Source of the DNA: the human T2T-CHM13v2.0 reference genome, Homo sapiens
DNA length: 64,000 nucleotides
Direction: 5' to 3' (one strand)
Assembly: GCF_009914755.1 (NCBI RefSeq)
Contig: NC_060931.1
The number at the start of each line of letters is the position of its first letter. Position 1 is the stretch's first letter. The position numbers and the translations under genes are program-made. Below, piece after piece: positions 16,754 to 30,514 of the stretch. The notes beneath the pieces were generated by a model that was not told the DNA's origin, did not search any database, and saw only the letters and a program-made list of their open reading frames with translations.

Positions 16754-19339
16754 TAATAATTAAAATAATAGTAATAAGAATATGTTTTATGATTTCCTAG
16801 TTCAGAATATTCTATTATTGTATATTCAAATTGCACATTACTGATGTGTTTTGTGTCAAAGATATTTGTGGGTTACCTAGGAGAGGTATATGAAAATATT
16901 TTTATTATTAATTTTAATCTTGAGGTGTAGTACACCAATTTTTTTCTTGTCATAAAATAGCATGCAGCAAGTTGAACCTTGGCTTTTTCTGAAGTTAATT
17001 GGACAGAATTTGCAGACAGCTTGCAGGATTGTGTCCAAGTAGATTTTAAAATTTCAGAAAAATGCAAAATTATCATTAACAAAATTATTATCGCAGACAA
17101 TTTCATCCAAGTAGATATAGAAATAGTTGTAAAATGCCAGTTTGCATCTGAGATGTATCACAATGACACTGTTTTCAGAGTTGAATAAGAAATAAGACTA
17201 TTCAACAAGTACTCATGTCACCATGAAAGAGAAAAATGCAGAGCTGAAGGTGGCATGACACATTTTCCCATTCACAGCTGAGTGGGCAGGTGACGCGTGT
17301 TAGGGAGAGAGCTGCTATCTGATATTCCACTGATGAAGCTTGTCAACTAAATTGTATTTGGAGTTTTCAAAATATCAGAGTGGATGAAGTCTTTGGCATA
17401 TTTTAACATTTAACTAAGTCTTACACATGGCTCCAGAGGAGGATCTTCCTTCGCCAGTTAATACTAAATTACCAGTGCTTTGGCAGGAAGCAGAAAGTGC
17501 CATGTGGGTAGTGGATTCTGGAGAGTTAGCATTGAAATACTCACTGTACATTACATTTATAGAAAAGATTGAGAGGAAATTTCTTCCTAGCAGGCTTCGT
17601 GCAAGGTTTGGGCCCTTTCTAGAACGAACTGCAAGTCCCTTTAACAATATCCCTGTGATCTATGCATATAGGTGAGATCATCATATGTCTTAGAACAGGT
17701 TTGTTTTGTCCTTCAGAAATTATACCCCTTGTGATCAAGTCCAGCCTGCCTTTTGCCAAGCCAGAAGATATTTTTTAACTTTGGGAGGACACAACAGAAG
17801 AGAGATTTGTTTTCACTTTGGACATGACTGAGTAGTTGCAGGCTCTCAGTGGGGAATAGACTCTTCATAACATTAGCACAGTGATATACGGACACACAAT
17901 TGCGGAAATGCAGATGCAGTGTTTTCATTTGATTTTTGGTATAGTGTTTCTTCTGAATAAATCAAGCATAATTATGAGCCACATGTGACTAAATCAGATA
18001 GAGTAATTCCAGGGAATTGGTTGATATATATCAAGAGCTTTAGGAGAGAAATGTTCGTGGTTTATGTTTATTATTTTTTGTTCATAGCAATCTCTGAAAG
18101 CAGCTGCTATGCAAGTCATTTGTCATTCTTTTCCACTAAGTGCCAGTTTGCCAAGTGAGCTTTCATGTAAGTGGCGGCGTTTATGCAAATGCTAATGCAG
18201 TTTTTAATCTTAGAAGCAAAGAACCTGAATATTTTGCTAACATACAATAACAATGATACTTAATATTAAATAGCAGCTTTTATCCAGGGATAGCTATATA
18301 ATTTACAATTGAATTGGCGCAAATTATTTACATACATTGAGGGCATTGGGTTACCATATTTAGATCATAGTTTATCTGATGTATGAACACACTGAAAGGA
18401 AATGTGAAATTTGTATTCAGCATCTTCAAAGAGTAGAAAATGACTACCTCAGGCATCTAATAGCCAAAAAGTTTAGTCACACTCATACACACCATCTTGA
18501 AATTGCTTTTATTTACCACTCTCATCCTTGTTTCAAGTCTAGTTTTATACTTTATGAATCTGCAAATGATTGCCTTTATTGAAAGGTTTGTGTTATTCAA
18601 GATGACTTGTAAAGTTTACTCAATCTTCCCTAGCAAGGGAAACAGGAAATTCCAGAGAACACTAGACTCAGCAAACCTATAAAATCTGAGAAAGCAGACC
18701 ATTATTTCTGGAGACATTTCACATAACACTTTGGGAAGCAATGACTAATTAGTTTTTGGTCTTAACAATAGCACTTTCAGGGGCTGTTTTCTTTCTTTTT
18801 TTTTCTTTTTATAGCTTTCATATTAGGAAAAGAAGAAAGTAGCTCTGAATGATGAAATATTGGCAATGTATGCACTTGCTTCTCTGTAGGAGCTCAACTC
18901 TTTGATCCTTCATACAATTAACTTCATTGCCTAGCTGGTATTAACCGGCTGGAGAGTAACAACCAATTGTTGCAGGCACAACAACACCCTAATATGCTTT
19001 GCCTTTAATGACTGACTGTTTCAAATTGAAAGCTCTGTTCTCTCTATTCCTAAATTCCTGTTGAAGTAAGTTAAGTCCTTAAATAAGTATAGGTACTCAT
19101 TCACACCTACAGCCTTATCTTTTTTGTGGCACCTTACCCAGTCCCCAATTGCCAGAGAATACTTGGTCATTAGCAGGGGTAAGATGTATTCTGGGTTCTC
19201 TAGACCTAAACATTTGAATGTTAGGTCTCCTTGCTTGCTTTTATTTCTTTATTTTTTTTTTTACCTCCTTACTTATTTAGTCATTCATTCATTTTAGAAT
19301 TTGACTTCCATATGTCTAAACACAAGCAGCCTCCCTTGA

Positions 19340-21120
19340 CTCCTCTTCCCTCTCCCAATCCACAATCAATCTATCTTTGAATCCTATCTGCTCCACCTCT
19401 ACCATAATCCTGCTGATCCTGGCCTCCACCATGGCTCTTGGATTATTACAGTAACCTTCTCATTGATCTCCTTGGTTTTGTCCTTAATCCCCTTCCCCTC
19501 CACCTCTCATCGCCCACCCTGGACACAGTTTCTTTCTTCTTCTTTTTTTTTTTTTAAATATTTTCTTTTATTGTGGCAAGAACACTTAAGAGGGTGAGAC
19601 CCACCCTCTTAACAGATTTTTAAATGTATAATACTGTATTGTTATCTGTAGGAATAATGTTGTACAGCAGCTCTTTTAGAAATTATTCACCGTGCATAAC
19701 TGAAATTTTATACCCATTGATTAGCAACTCCCCATGCTCTCCCCTAGATCCTGGAATCACTATTCTGTTCTTTGCTTTTGTGAGTTTGACTGTTTTAGTT
19801 ACCTCATGTAAGTGGAATCATGCAGTATGTGTCCTTCTGTGACTAGTTTATTTCACTTAGCATAATGTCCTCAAGTTCCATTCATTTTGTCGCATATGGC
19901 AGGACTTCCATTTTTTTAAGGCTGAATAATATTCCTTTTATATGTATACCACATTTTAAAAATGTACATTCATCTGTCAGTGTACATTTATATTTTCAAT
20001 TTTTTTATAAATACTCTAAGTGGGATTGCTGGATTGTATGATAGTTTTAATTTTAACTTTTTGAGGAACCTCTACCGTTTTTCATAGCAGTTGCACCATT
20101 TTGTATTTCCACTAACAGTGTGCAACAAACTGAAAAGCTTCTACACAGCAAAGGAAATAATCAACAGAGTGAAAAGGCAACCTAGAAAAATGGAAGAAAA
20201 TATTTGTAAACTAAGCTAAACATCTAATAAATGGTTAATTTCCAAAATTACAATGCAACAGTAAGAAAATTAATAATCTCATTTAAAAATGGGCTAAAGG
20301 TTTGCAGGGATATTTCTCCAAAGAAGACATACACATGACCAACAGGTATATGAAAAGATGCTCTATGTCACTAATCATCAGGGGAATGCAAGTTAAAACC
20401 ACAGTGAAATATCACTTTATACCTGTTAGGATGGCTAACCTCAAAACAAACAAACAAAAACAAAAGAGAACTGTTGACAAGGATGTGGAGACATTGGAGC
20501 CCTGGTTTATCCTAAACCCAGCAGCCCCAGTGAGCTTTTAGAAGTCATACCATGTCTCTTCTCTGCTCAGAACCCTCCAGTAGCTTCCCATCTGCCTCAG
20601 AGTAAAAGCAAAAATGCTTTCCAGGGCCCACCAGAATCTGTGGCTCCCCTCACTCTGATTCATCTCCTACCACTCTTTCCTACCATGCTGGCCTTGCTGC
20701 ACCATCCACATGCTGAGCACACACCACATTGGTGCCTTTGCATTTGCTGATCCCAGTGCTTAGAGAGTTCATCTCCAGATATCTGTGTAGCTCCTCGCCT
20801 CACGTCTTCAGATCTGTGCTCAATTATCACCTTCTCAGAGAAGTTTTTCAGATCACCCTGTAGAAAATAGCAATCCTACCCACCTCCAACCTACGGCACC
20901 CTCCTTTTCCCCTTACCCTGCTTTCTCCACAGTCCTTATCACCAACTAGCAAGGCTTGTTGTTTTGTTACTTGCAATCGATCTCCCCCATTAGAACATAC
21001 AGTTCACAGAGGCAGAGAATTTGTTTTGGAACTGCTGTATTCCTAGCGCCTAGACCAAATGTCTACCATGATATGAATTAGGAGTTCAACAAATCCCTAC
21101 TTCATACTAGTTGAATGAAA
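19340..21120. mobile_element. L2 element split by the L1MA insertion at 19545-20503
   Basis: ctctgctcagaaccctccagtagcttccc...gcctttgcatttgctg...tgaatgaa L2 motifs occur on both sides of the L1. Confidence 0.75.
19545..20503 (-). mobile_element. L1MA-type 3' end with 5' inversion (19545-20125 antisense, 20126-20503 sense)
   Basis: Antisense 3'UTR/ORF2 end switches at tgcaa|caaac to sense ORF2 ([17 protein letters not shown]...). Confidence 0.85.
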
Positions 21121-21377
21121 AAATTAAATAATAAGTGAGTAGGAATTAATGCCTCTACTTTCTTCTCATGTTCTTTCTTTTATCTTACCCTCCCCACTGC
21201 CACCTTTCTACATTGTGCCAAGTTCTCATGTCTCAAGAATGTGGTGTTTTGTTCCTTGTTAGCTGTAAATGTAATACTCCTTCACCCATTTTTATAGAAA
21301 AGTTAACTTTCCCCTGGATGCTTGGGCTTCATCATTTAATGTCCTCAATTGCAGATGGCTATCCATAAGTTTGACTC

Positions 21378-21424
21378 TGTGTGTGTGTATTTGTGTGTGT
21401 GTGTGTCTGTGTGTGTGTGTGTGT
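21378..21424. repeat. (TG)n microsatellite, imperfect
   Basis: Visible TG run with interruptions. Confidence 0.95.
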
Positions 21425-22074
21425 ATGTATTTTAAACTTGTCTTTACCTTTTAGTGTTTGCAGTAAAAACAAAGGAGATTATAGATTACGTGTTTTTGGT
21501 AAAATTTTTTCATGTTGTTGCAAGTCATTCAAGAATGAATGCAAAGCATAAAGTTTAAACTTGGAGAGGCAGAAATTCAAAATTTCTTTGAAACGAATCA
21601 TCGAATTCCTATGCTATTTAGATACACTTCCATTGAGTAGAGAGCTGACAAAGAATACACATTTTTCTCAGTGGACTGAATTCTTCTTTAAATTAATTTG
21701 TCAGTATTTGATTGAAATACTAAAGCAATTCATTTCAGTTACATTCAACCAGCATTGCCTAAGGGACTACAATGTAAACTAATGTTAATAATTTATAAAT
21801 ACCACTTGGGTGTCAAGAACTCTTACAGGCATTTCATACATTAGGTATTTAATATTTGAAATTTATAATAGTTCTATAAGATAAAGAATATCATCCTTTT
21901 TTGATATTAGGACTTTGAGGCTTCCAAGAGGTTAGTTTGCCAAAATATACAAAGTACGCAAAGCCAGGAATGCCAAAGCTTGGAAATTGACCCAATTTGA
22001 ATTTATAGCTTGAACTTGTTCTCCTAGACTAGTGTTTTTCAAACTGTGGACCACAACCTACAGTAATTGAATGA

Positions 22075-22365
22075 TTTTTTTTGGCGATGGTGTCTTGCTC
22101 TATTGCCCAGGCTGGAGTGCATTAGCAAAATTATAGCTCACTACAGCCTCAAACTCCTGGGCCGAAGTGATCCTCCCACCTCAGTCTCCTGAGTAGATGG
22201 GACCACAAGTACGTGCTACAACACCTGGCTAATTTTTTAATTTTTTGTAGAGATAGAGTCTTGCTATATTGTCCAGGCTGGTGTCAAACTCCTGGCTTCA
22301 AGTGATTTTCCATCCTTGGCCTCCCAAAGTGCTAGGATTATAGGTGTGAGTCATTGTTCCTCACC
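22075..22365 (-). mobile_element. Alu (AluJ)
   Basis: Diverged antisense Alu with atagctcactacagcctcaaactcctggg J-type motif. Confidence 0.93.
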
Positions 22366-22441
22366 TCAAATTCTAAATTATAATTATCTACACACATACA
22401 AATAATTGAAGCGAAAGTTTCATTAAGTAAAACCCTCACCA

Positions 22442-22757
<316 letters not shown>

Positions 22758-22857
22758 TAAACCTTACCCTATGTAACACACTGATATTTTCTATTCTGTT
22801 CCAGACTAATCTCATCTAGCCTACACTTGCCATGCCTTGCATTGCTTATCCTATCTT

Positions 22858-22915
22858 GTCCTGTCCTGTCCTGTCCTGTCCTGTCCTGTCCTGTCCTGTC
22901 CAGTCCAGTCCTGTC
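22858..22915. repeat. (GTCCT)n pentanucleotide microsatellite
   Basis: About 11 units. Confidence 0.95.
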
Positions 22916-24501
22916 CCATTCCTACTCAGCCCATCCCATCTCAGAACCCACTAAATTGGCCTTGTGATGCACCTGCTGTTCCATACAGTTTCTATATGCT
23001 TGAAACACTGTGGATACAAAATAGGAAAAAATTAAATAGTAAGGAACTTACAGATAAATGAAAATTAATCGTTAGATATGGTAATGATGCGAAATAATAT
23101 ATTAAATGTTAAAGCCCTTTGACTCTTTTACTTCTATCAGGGCCTGAAAATAGGAGATATTCCTTGAATCACTCCTCTCAGATACTTTCAAGGGTCCCGG
23201 CCTGATGAAGTCATGAGAACTAGGGAAACGACTGCCATAATGTAGTCACATCATGCCTGTGTAACTTTTCCATTTATTTTTTCTTCGTCCGTGACATGAA
23301 TTTTGATACCAACCAAAATCTGTTATACTTTAATTTTACAGGGGTTTAATGCATGTGTATTATTTCCCCAACAACCCTGAGGACTTCAATTCAAGGAATA
23401 GCCAAATAAGATAGCTGTAAATGAGAGGGCTCCCAGGCAATACATCATTCCTGATGCAAATATCATTGCTACTAACATTATTATTATCCTATTATACCCC
23501 CATGATGCCTTAAAAAGTAAATATTAGATAAATACATACTGGATTGATGAATGAGGGACTTATATGCTACTTTCAATAAATACGTAAAATACGATTGTGG
23601 GTATGACTGTGAATTTCATATCAATTCCTTCAGACTCAAACATTAATTTTTTTGTCTATTGTAAGAAAAATCACGAAGTCAGTTTATTCAGCATTTATTG
23701 AGAACTTGGTATCTGTAGAAAGAACACTGTGTTGAGTACTATTTTCATTGCCTACATGAGAAAGTCAGAATTCCAGAATGTGTCCTTTTTACCTCTTCAA
23801 ACGCATCTTCTGCACCTTCCTCCTCACATCCTTCTGGGCAAGTACTGGTTGAAGTGTCCTGAATAAAACAGGTATCCATGCCTTTGTGCCTTAGCCCAGC
23901 TGTTTAGCCCTATTTGTCTGACAAATTCAATCATGGCTTTCAAAATCTCTATCAATCAAATGTTGCTTTCTTCCTCCAAGTTAAGAGTTGCACCTCCATC
24001 CACCTATCCATCTATCCACTCAACAAATGCTTATTAAGTACCTACTACGCTCCAGCTCTGAACTGATTGGGAAGCTCTGAACTATCTGCCATTGGGAAGC
24101 ATTTCTTTTTAGCTCTGGGTACCCACTGGCAGCTCTCCCATTCCATCCATTACCTGTCTGTTTCTTCTAATAGATTGTGAACTCTTATGAGGACATGTAT
24201 TTTAACATATTTACCTTTGGATTTTTAGAGCCTAGTATGAGGGTCTTGCACATGGTAGACAGTCAACAAATGTTGAATTAATGAATGGAGAAACATTAAA
24301 TAAAAATGGACATAGATTTCTCATCACATTCCTCATGATTGTAGCTATTCCTATTCCTTCAGATTCTGGGCCTTTGTTAAAGCATTCTCATGCACTGATA
24401 TTTGCATCTTCCCCTATAATTGGGAATAGTGCTACTGTCTACCTACTGAACACTGTTGAAAATTTGAATGTTCATTTTGCATGCTTGAAATACCAGTGGA
24501 A

Positions 24502-24846
<345 letters not shown>

Positions 24847-24857
24847 CTATGGTTATA

Positions 24858-27258
24858 CACACATCAAAAAGCTAATCCACCCTGACCAAGTAGGCTTTAT
24901 CCCTGGGATGCGAGGTTGCTTTAATATGCTCAAATCAATAAAAATGATTCATCACATAAACATAACTAAAAACAAAAGCCACATGATCATCTCAATAGAT
25001 GCAAAAAAGGCTCTTGATAAAATTCAACATTCTTTCATATTAAAATCCCTCAACAAACTAGGCATTGAAGGAACATACCTCAAATAACAAGAGCATCTGT
25101 GACAAACCCATAGCCAACAACATACTGAACAGGCAAAAGCTGAAAGCATTACCCTTAAGAACCAAGCCAAGACAGGGATGCCCACTTTCACCACTCCTAT
25201 TTGACATACTACTGGAAGTCCTAGCCAAAGCAGTCAGGCAAGAGAAGGAAATAAAAGGCATCCAAATAGGAAGAGAGGAAGTCAAACTATCTCTGTTTGT
25301 AGACAATATGATTCTATAGTCTCTGCCCAAAAGCTATAGTCTCTGCTCAAAAGCTATAGTCTCTGCCCAAAAGCTCCTAGATCTGATAAACAACTTCAGC
25401 AAAGTTTCAGGACACAAAATCAATGTGCAAAAATCAGTAGCACTTCTGTACACCAACAACATCCAAGCTGAGAACCAAATCAAGATCTCAGTCCCATTCA
25501 CAATAGACACACACACACACCTCCCCACCCCAGGAATACAACTAACCAGGGAGGTGGAAGATCTCTACAATGAGAATTGTCAAACACTGCTGAAAGAAGT
25601 CAGAGACAGCACAAACAAATGGAAAAGCATTCCATGCTCATTGACAGGAAAAATCAGTATTGTTAAAATGTCCATATGGCACAAAGCAATTTACAGATTT
25701 AATGCTATTCCTGTCAAACTACCAACCTTTTTCACAAAATTGGGGAAAAAAAATCCTAAAAATCACATGGAACCAAAAAAGAGCCTGAGTAGCCAAGGCA
25801 ATCCTAAGCAAAAAGAACTAAGCTGAAAGCATCATTACCTGCTTTAAACTATGTGACAGGCTGCAGTATCCAAAACAGCATGGTACTGGTACAAAAACAG
25901 ACACATAGACCAACAGAACAGAATAGAGAACCCAGAAATAAAGCTACACACCTACAACCAACTGATCTTTGGCAAAGTTGACAAAAACAAGCAAAGGGGA
26001 GATGATTCCTATATAATATATGGCACTGGAGGAACTAGCTATCCGTATGCAGAAGATTGAAACTCGACCCCTTCCTTTCACCGTATACGAAAATCAAATC
26101 AAGATGGATTAAAGACTTAAGTGTAAAACCTGAACCCTAGAAGAAAACCTAGGAAATACCATTCTGGGCATAGGCCCTGGCAAAGACTTCATGACAGAGA
26201 TGTCGAAAGCAATTGCAACAAAAACAAACATTGACAAATGGGACCTAATTAAACTAAAGAGCTTCTGCATAGCAAAAGACAGTATCGACAGAATAAACAG
26301 ACATGGGAGAAAATATTTGCAAACTATGCATGCAACAAAGGTCTAATATCCAGAATCTATAAGGAATTTAATCAAATTAACAGGCAAAAAACAACTCTAT
26401 TAGGAAGTGGGTAAAGGACATGAACAGACACTTCTCAAAAGAACACAAACCCATGACCAACAAGCATATGAAAAAATGCTCAACATCACTAATCATTAGA
26501 GAAATGAAAATCAAAACTACAAGAGATACCACCTCACAGCCATCAGAATGCTTATTATTAAAAAGTCAAAAAATAACAAATGCTGATGAGACTGTGGAGA
26601 AAAAGGAACACTTATACACAGTTGGTGGGAATGTAAATTAGTCCAGCCATTGTCAAAAGCAGTTTGGTGATTACTCAAATAACTTCTAACAGAACTACCA
26701 TTCAACCCATCAATCTCATTATCGGGTATATTCCCAAAGGAATATAAATAGTTCCACCATAAAGACACATGAACTTGTATGTTTGTCACAGAACTATTGA
26801 GAATAACAAAGATGTGTAATCAACCTATATGTCCATTGACAGTAGACAGGAAAAAGAAAATATTGTATCTATACCCCATGAAATACTACACAGCCAAAAA
26901 AAAAAAAAAAAAAAAAAAGAACAAGATCATGTCTTTTGCTGCGACATGGATGGAGCTAGAGGCCATTATCCTAAGTGAACTAATGCAGGAACAGAAAACC
27001 AAGTACTGCATATTCTTACTTATACTTGGGAGCTAAACATAGACCATATAGGAACACAAAGAGAAGAACAATAGACAGTGGGGCCTACGTGAGGGTGAAG
27101 GTAAGTGGGAGAGTGAGGATTGAAAAACTACCTATCAGGTGCTATGCTCATCACCTGGGTGATGAAATCATCTGTACACCAAACCCCCAAGACATGCAAT
27201 TTACCTATGTAACAAACCTGCACATGTACCCCGGAACTGAAAAGTATGAAAAAGAAAA
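24858..27258 (+). mobile_element. 5'-truncated L1 (L1PA15/16-like) with degenerate ORF2 RT/C-terminal region and 3'UTR
   Basis: ORF2 peptides [62 protein letters not shown]; 3'UTR gaaaaactacctatcagg; TSD agtctatgg(t/c)tata at 24844-24857 and 27259-27272. Confidence 0.93.
25314..25375 (+). repeat. 20-bp tandem triplication inside L1 ORF2
   Basis: ctatagtctctgc(c/t)caaaag x3. Confidence 0.97.
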
Positions 27259-27520
27259 AGTCTATGGCTATATAGACTATGGTAACTAGGGTCAATTAAG
27301 TAATATTTGTACTATACTAGTAGCAAAACTTTCGAGAGAGAGAAGGTATTGGAAAACTTTGCTACTAGTATAGTGCAAATATTATTCATTTGACCCTAGT
27401 TACCATAGTCTACATAGCCATTGACTTTTTGTTTTTTACAATTTTATGTTCGGGGGTACATGTGCAGGTTTGTTATGTAGGTAAATTGCATGTCTTGGGG
27501 GTTTGGTGTACAGATTATTT
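27165..27520. repeat. Fold-back inverted repeat, 169-bp arms, 18-nt spacer
   Basis: 27165-27333 is the reverse complement of 27352-27520; about 18 mismatches and no indels by hand alignment. Confidence 0.95.
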
Positions 27521-27712
27521 AGAATCAACTTATTGTGAAATATTTATGCATTTGTGCAAGCTCATTCATACAGACTTCTTATTTTCAATCACAAAACAAT
27601 TGGAGAAAGATTAAACTAGAATATATCTATACTTTAGAATGGAATAGAAACATATGTCTAGACATGGAAAGATGTCCAAGACATGTTGCTAAGTGAAAAG
27701 AGAGTGATATGC
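27518..27712 (+). repeat. Direct copy of 30281-30473
   Basis: Shared ttttcaatcacaa.acaattggagaaagattaaactagaatatatctatactttagaat...gacatgttgctaagtgaaaag. Confidence 0.95.
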
Positions 27713-27824
27713 AATATATATATGTGTATATATATAATAAAATATATAATATATAAAGAGAGAGAGAAAGAACTGGAAAATTTATATATATATAAAGTAT
27801 ACATATATATGAAATATATGTGTG

Positions 27825-27954
27825 TATTTTTTATTGAAGAGGCGAGGTTTCACTATGTTGCCCAGGCTGGTCTGGAACTCCTGAGCTCAGGCAATCCACC
27901 TGCCTTGGCCTCCCAAAGTACTGGGATTACAGGCGTGAACAACTGCACTTGGCC
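27825..27954 (-). mobile_element. Alu left monomer only (truncated at the linker, or FLAM-like)
   Basis: Antisense Alu 5' half abutting AT-rich filler. Confidence 0.9.
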
Positions 27955-29453
27955 GATTTTCCAATACTAATATTGATGACTCCTGTGTATTTTCTTTTAA
28001 TATGTATGTACACAACATACATGAAGTAGTTTTACAAAAATTGATTACTGCTGAAATCTTAAGTGGTATTGTCTAAAGTTTGATTAAGATGATATTTTTA
28101 AAATTTCTACTTCAAATAAAATTATGCAAATTTTATTATTGCTACCCCACAAAGGTTTAGGCAGTAATCTTAACGGAAAAAGCCTGCAGTCTTTGAAAGT
28201 TGGTGTAATCGTATTAGGAATTCTTGTGAGTAATGGTAAGGTAAATGGGAAAAGATTTCCCAATTTCATTCAGTTTTCATTTAAAAAATCCATATGTGGT
28301 TTTGTTTTCATGCTAATTTCTGATAGACTGATCTTTATGAATCCATCTGTCTTAATGATTTTAAGTTGTGGAATTGTCATGAGGGACTGTTTGGTGCTTC
28401 ACATATACAATAAACATTTAATTTAACGTCTTTGCACGGGAAAGTGTGTAAAACATTTAGCATCTGCTATGAATGGTTATACCTTGTAAATTGTAAATTC
28501 AATAGATGGTGTTTTCATAAAAATTTGCATGTGCTAAGTGAGGCTTCATTTTAATACACAATTTATAGTTAAATCATCTCTGTGTTAGCAGTAGGCAGAT
28601 AATGAAATGTAGATGGTGGTTCAGCATTGTTTATTTATTGAGGGAAGAAGTAGATGAATAAGGAATAGATTTGATGTGATGAAAATAATGGGATTGCTGG
28701 TCCTGAAATTCAAGCCTGGTTATATATTATTTACTGATTAATAAATCTAACAGATAGCATGAATACACATATTATTAAGTAAAGATTCTCTTTAGGATGA
28801 AGGTCATGTAAAGCCAGAGATATTTTGAAGACTGTCTTCCCATGGGACTGGGAGTTTTATATACTAATTAAAACTCTGTAAATTTCCTCACAGCACTAGC
28901 AGTCCAGTATCAGGTTTTCTGAGCTGATTTTAATTAAAGTTGATTTTAGGCTCAATTTAACTTCATTTGAAGCTAAAATGGTCTGCAGAAAGTAGCCTTT
29001 AAGGTCTGAGGGTAGAAGGAGAATTGTGAAAGAGTGTATGTGTATGTGTGCATGTGGTATGTGTGTGTGTTTATATACATATGATATATTCAAGAACACT
29101 AAAGCCTGCCAAAAATATCATATGGCTTTTTTGTTACTGTAGTTTGTTTGAGCTCTAGCCAGAGGAACTTCAGCCAACCAAAGTCAGACCCCTGAATCAC
29201 CAGTGTGTATCTCTGCGACCATGGACAACTCATTTCAAGCCTTTGCATCTTTATGTGCTCATCTATACTCTGTTTTTAAATAATTGCTCCCATCAAAATA
29301 TACACTTCAGAAGTCATAAGGGAAAAAGATTGCAAATTTAATATGTTGTAACTTCCAGATAATGTGTATATATATATATAATCTGGAAATTATATATATA
29401 TAATCTGAAAGTTTATATATATATATAAACTTTATATAAAGTATGATATGAAA

Positions 29454-30475
29454 TCATACCACAGTACACGCACACATTGTTTGGTACTATGCAGTGTTCG
29501 AAAATAATTTTCACTTCTCTGATGCCCTTAACTGTTAGCATCATCACTGTAATGCAGGCAAAGATAATTTATAATTTCTGTTGGTTTTAAAAATATTATT
29601 AAAAGTTTAGTCCCAAAAATGAAAATAATTCATACATTTATAGAATAAAAAGGGAAAGTCCCTCTCACAGGATTATAGAATTAAAAATTATTAACACTTT
29701 TCTGTATCTCTTTCCAGATCCCTTTTTCTGAACATTTACACACATGCACCACACACACACACTGCCACATTATATAACGTTACACACACACACACACACA
29801 GACACACACACACATACGTAGCATATCACTGTCTTTTCACTTGGCAACATGTCTTGGACATCTTTATAACATGTATATACACTTTATATAAAGTGGTATA
29901 TATATAAAGTTTATATATATAATAAATTTATTAGTTGGCTAAATATTTATATATTAAAAATAAATAGTATATAAGTTCTCACAAATCAAACTGAATATAA
30001 ACATGAACAAAGGATATGCAAACACAATTCATAGAAGAAGAAATCAGATGGCCAATAAACATATGACATATGCTTAAGTTAATAAATTATCAAGAAAAAG
30101 TTAATATGAGATACCTTTATTCACTCTGAGGATTGATAAAAAATCTAAAAAGATTCCTGTTATCCAGTGTTGGTAATGCTATGGGGTGTGCTGGGCACTC
30201 TGATATACTATTAGAAAAGTTTGAGGGACCATGTTTTCATTTAACAATTTAAATATAACACTTTGCCAGTCATTGGACTTTTTAGAATCAATGTATTGTA
30301 GTGAAATATTTATACATTTCTTCAGACTCATGCATGTAGAGTTTTTATTTTCAATCACAACACAATTGGAGAAAGATTAAACTAGAATATATCTATACTT
30401 TAGAATAGAAACATATGTCTAGACATGGAAAGATGTCCAAGACATGTTGCTAAGTGAAAAGACAGTGATATGCTG

Positions 30476-30514
<39 letters not shown>

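Noticed and set aside
17427-17675. 82-aa ATG-initiated ORF in unique sequence
   Set aside because: No recognisable homology, promoter or convincing splice context; the length is expected by chance
25065-27036. ORFs with reverse-transcriptase-like peptides
   Set aside because: Frameshifted fragments of a dead 5'-truncated L1 ORF2 with a degenerate catalytic motif; not a functional gene or a novel RT system
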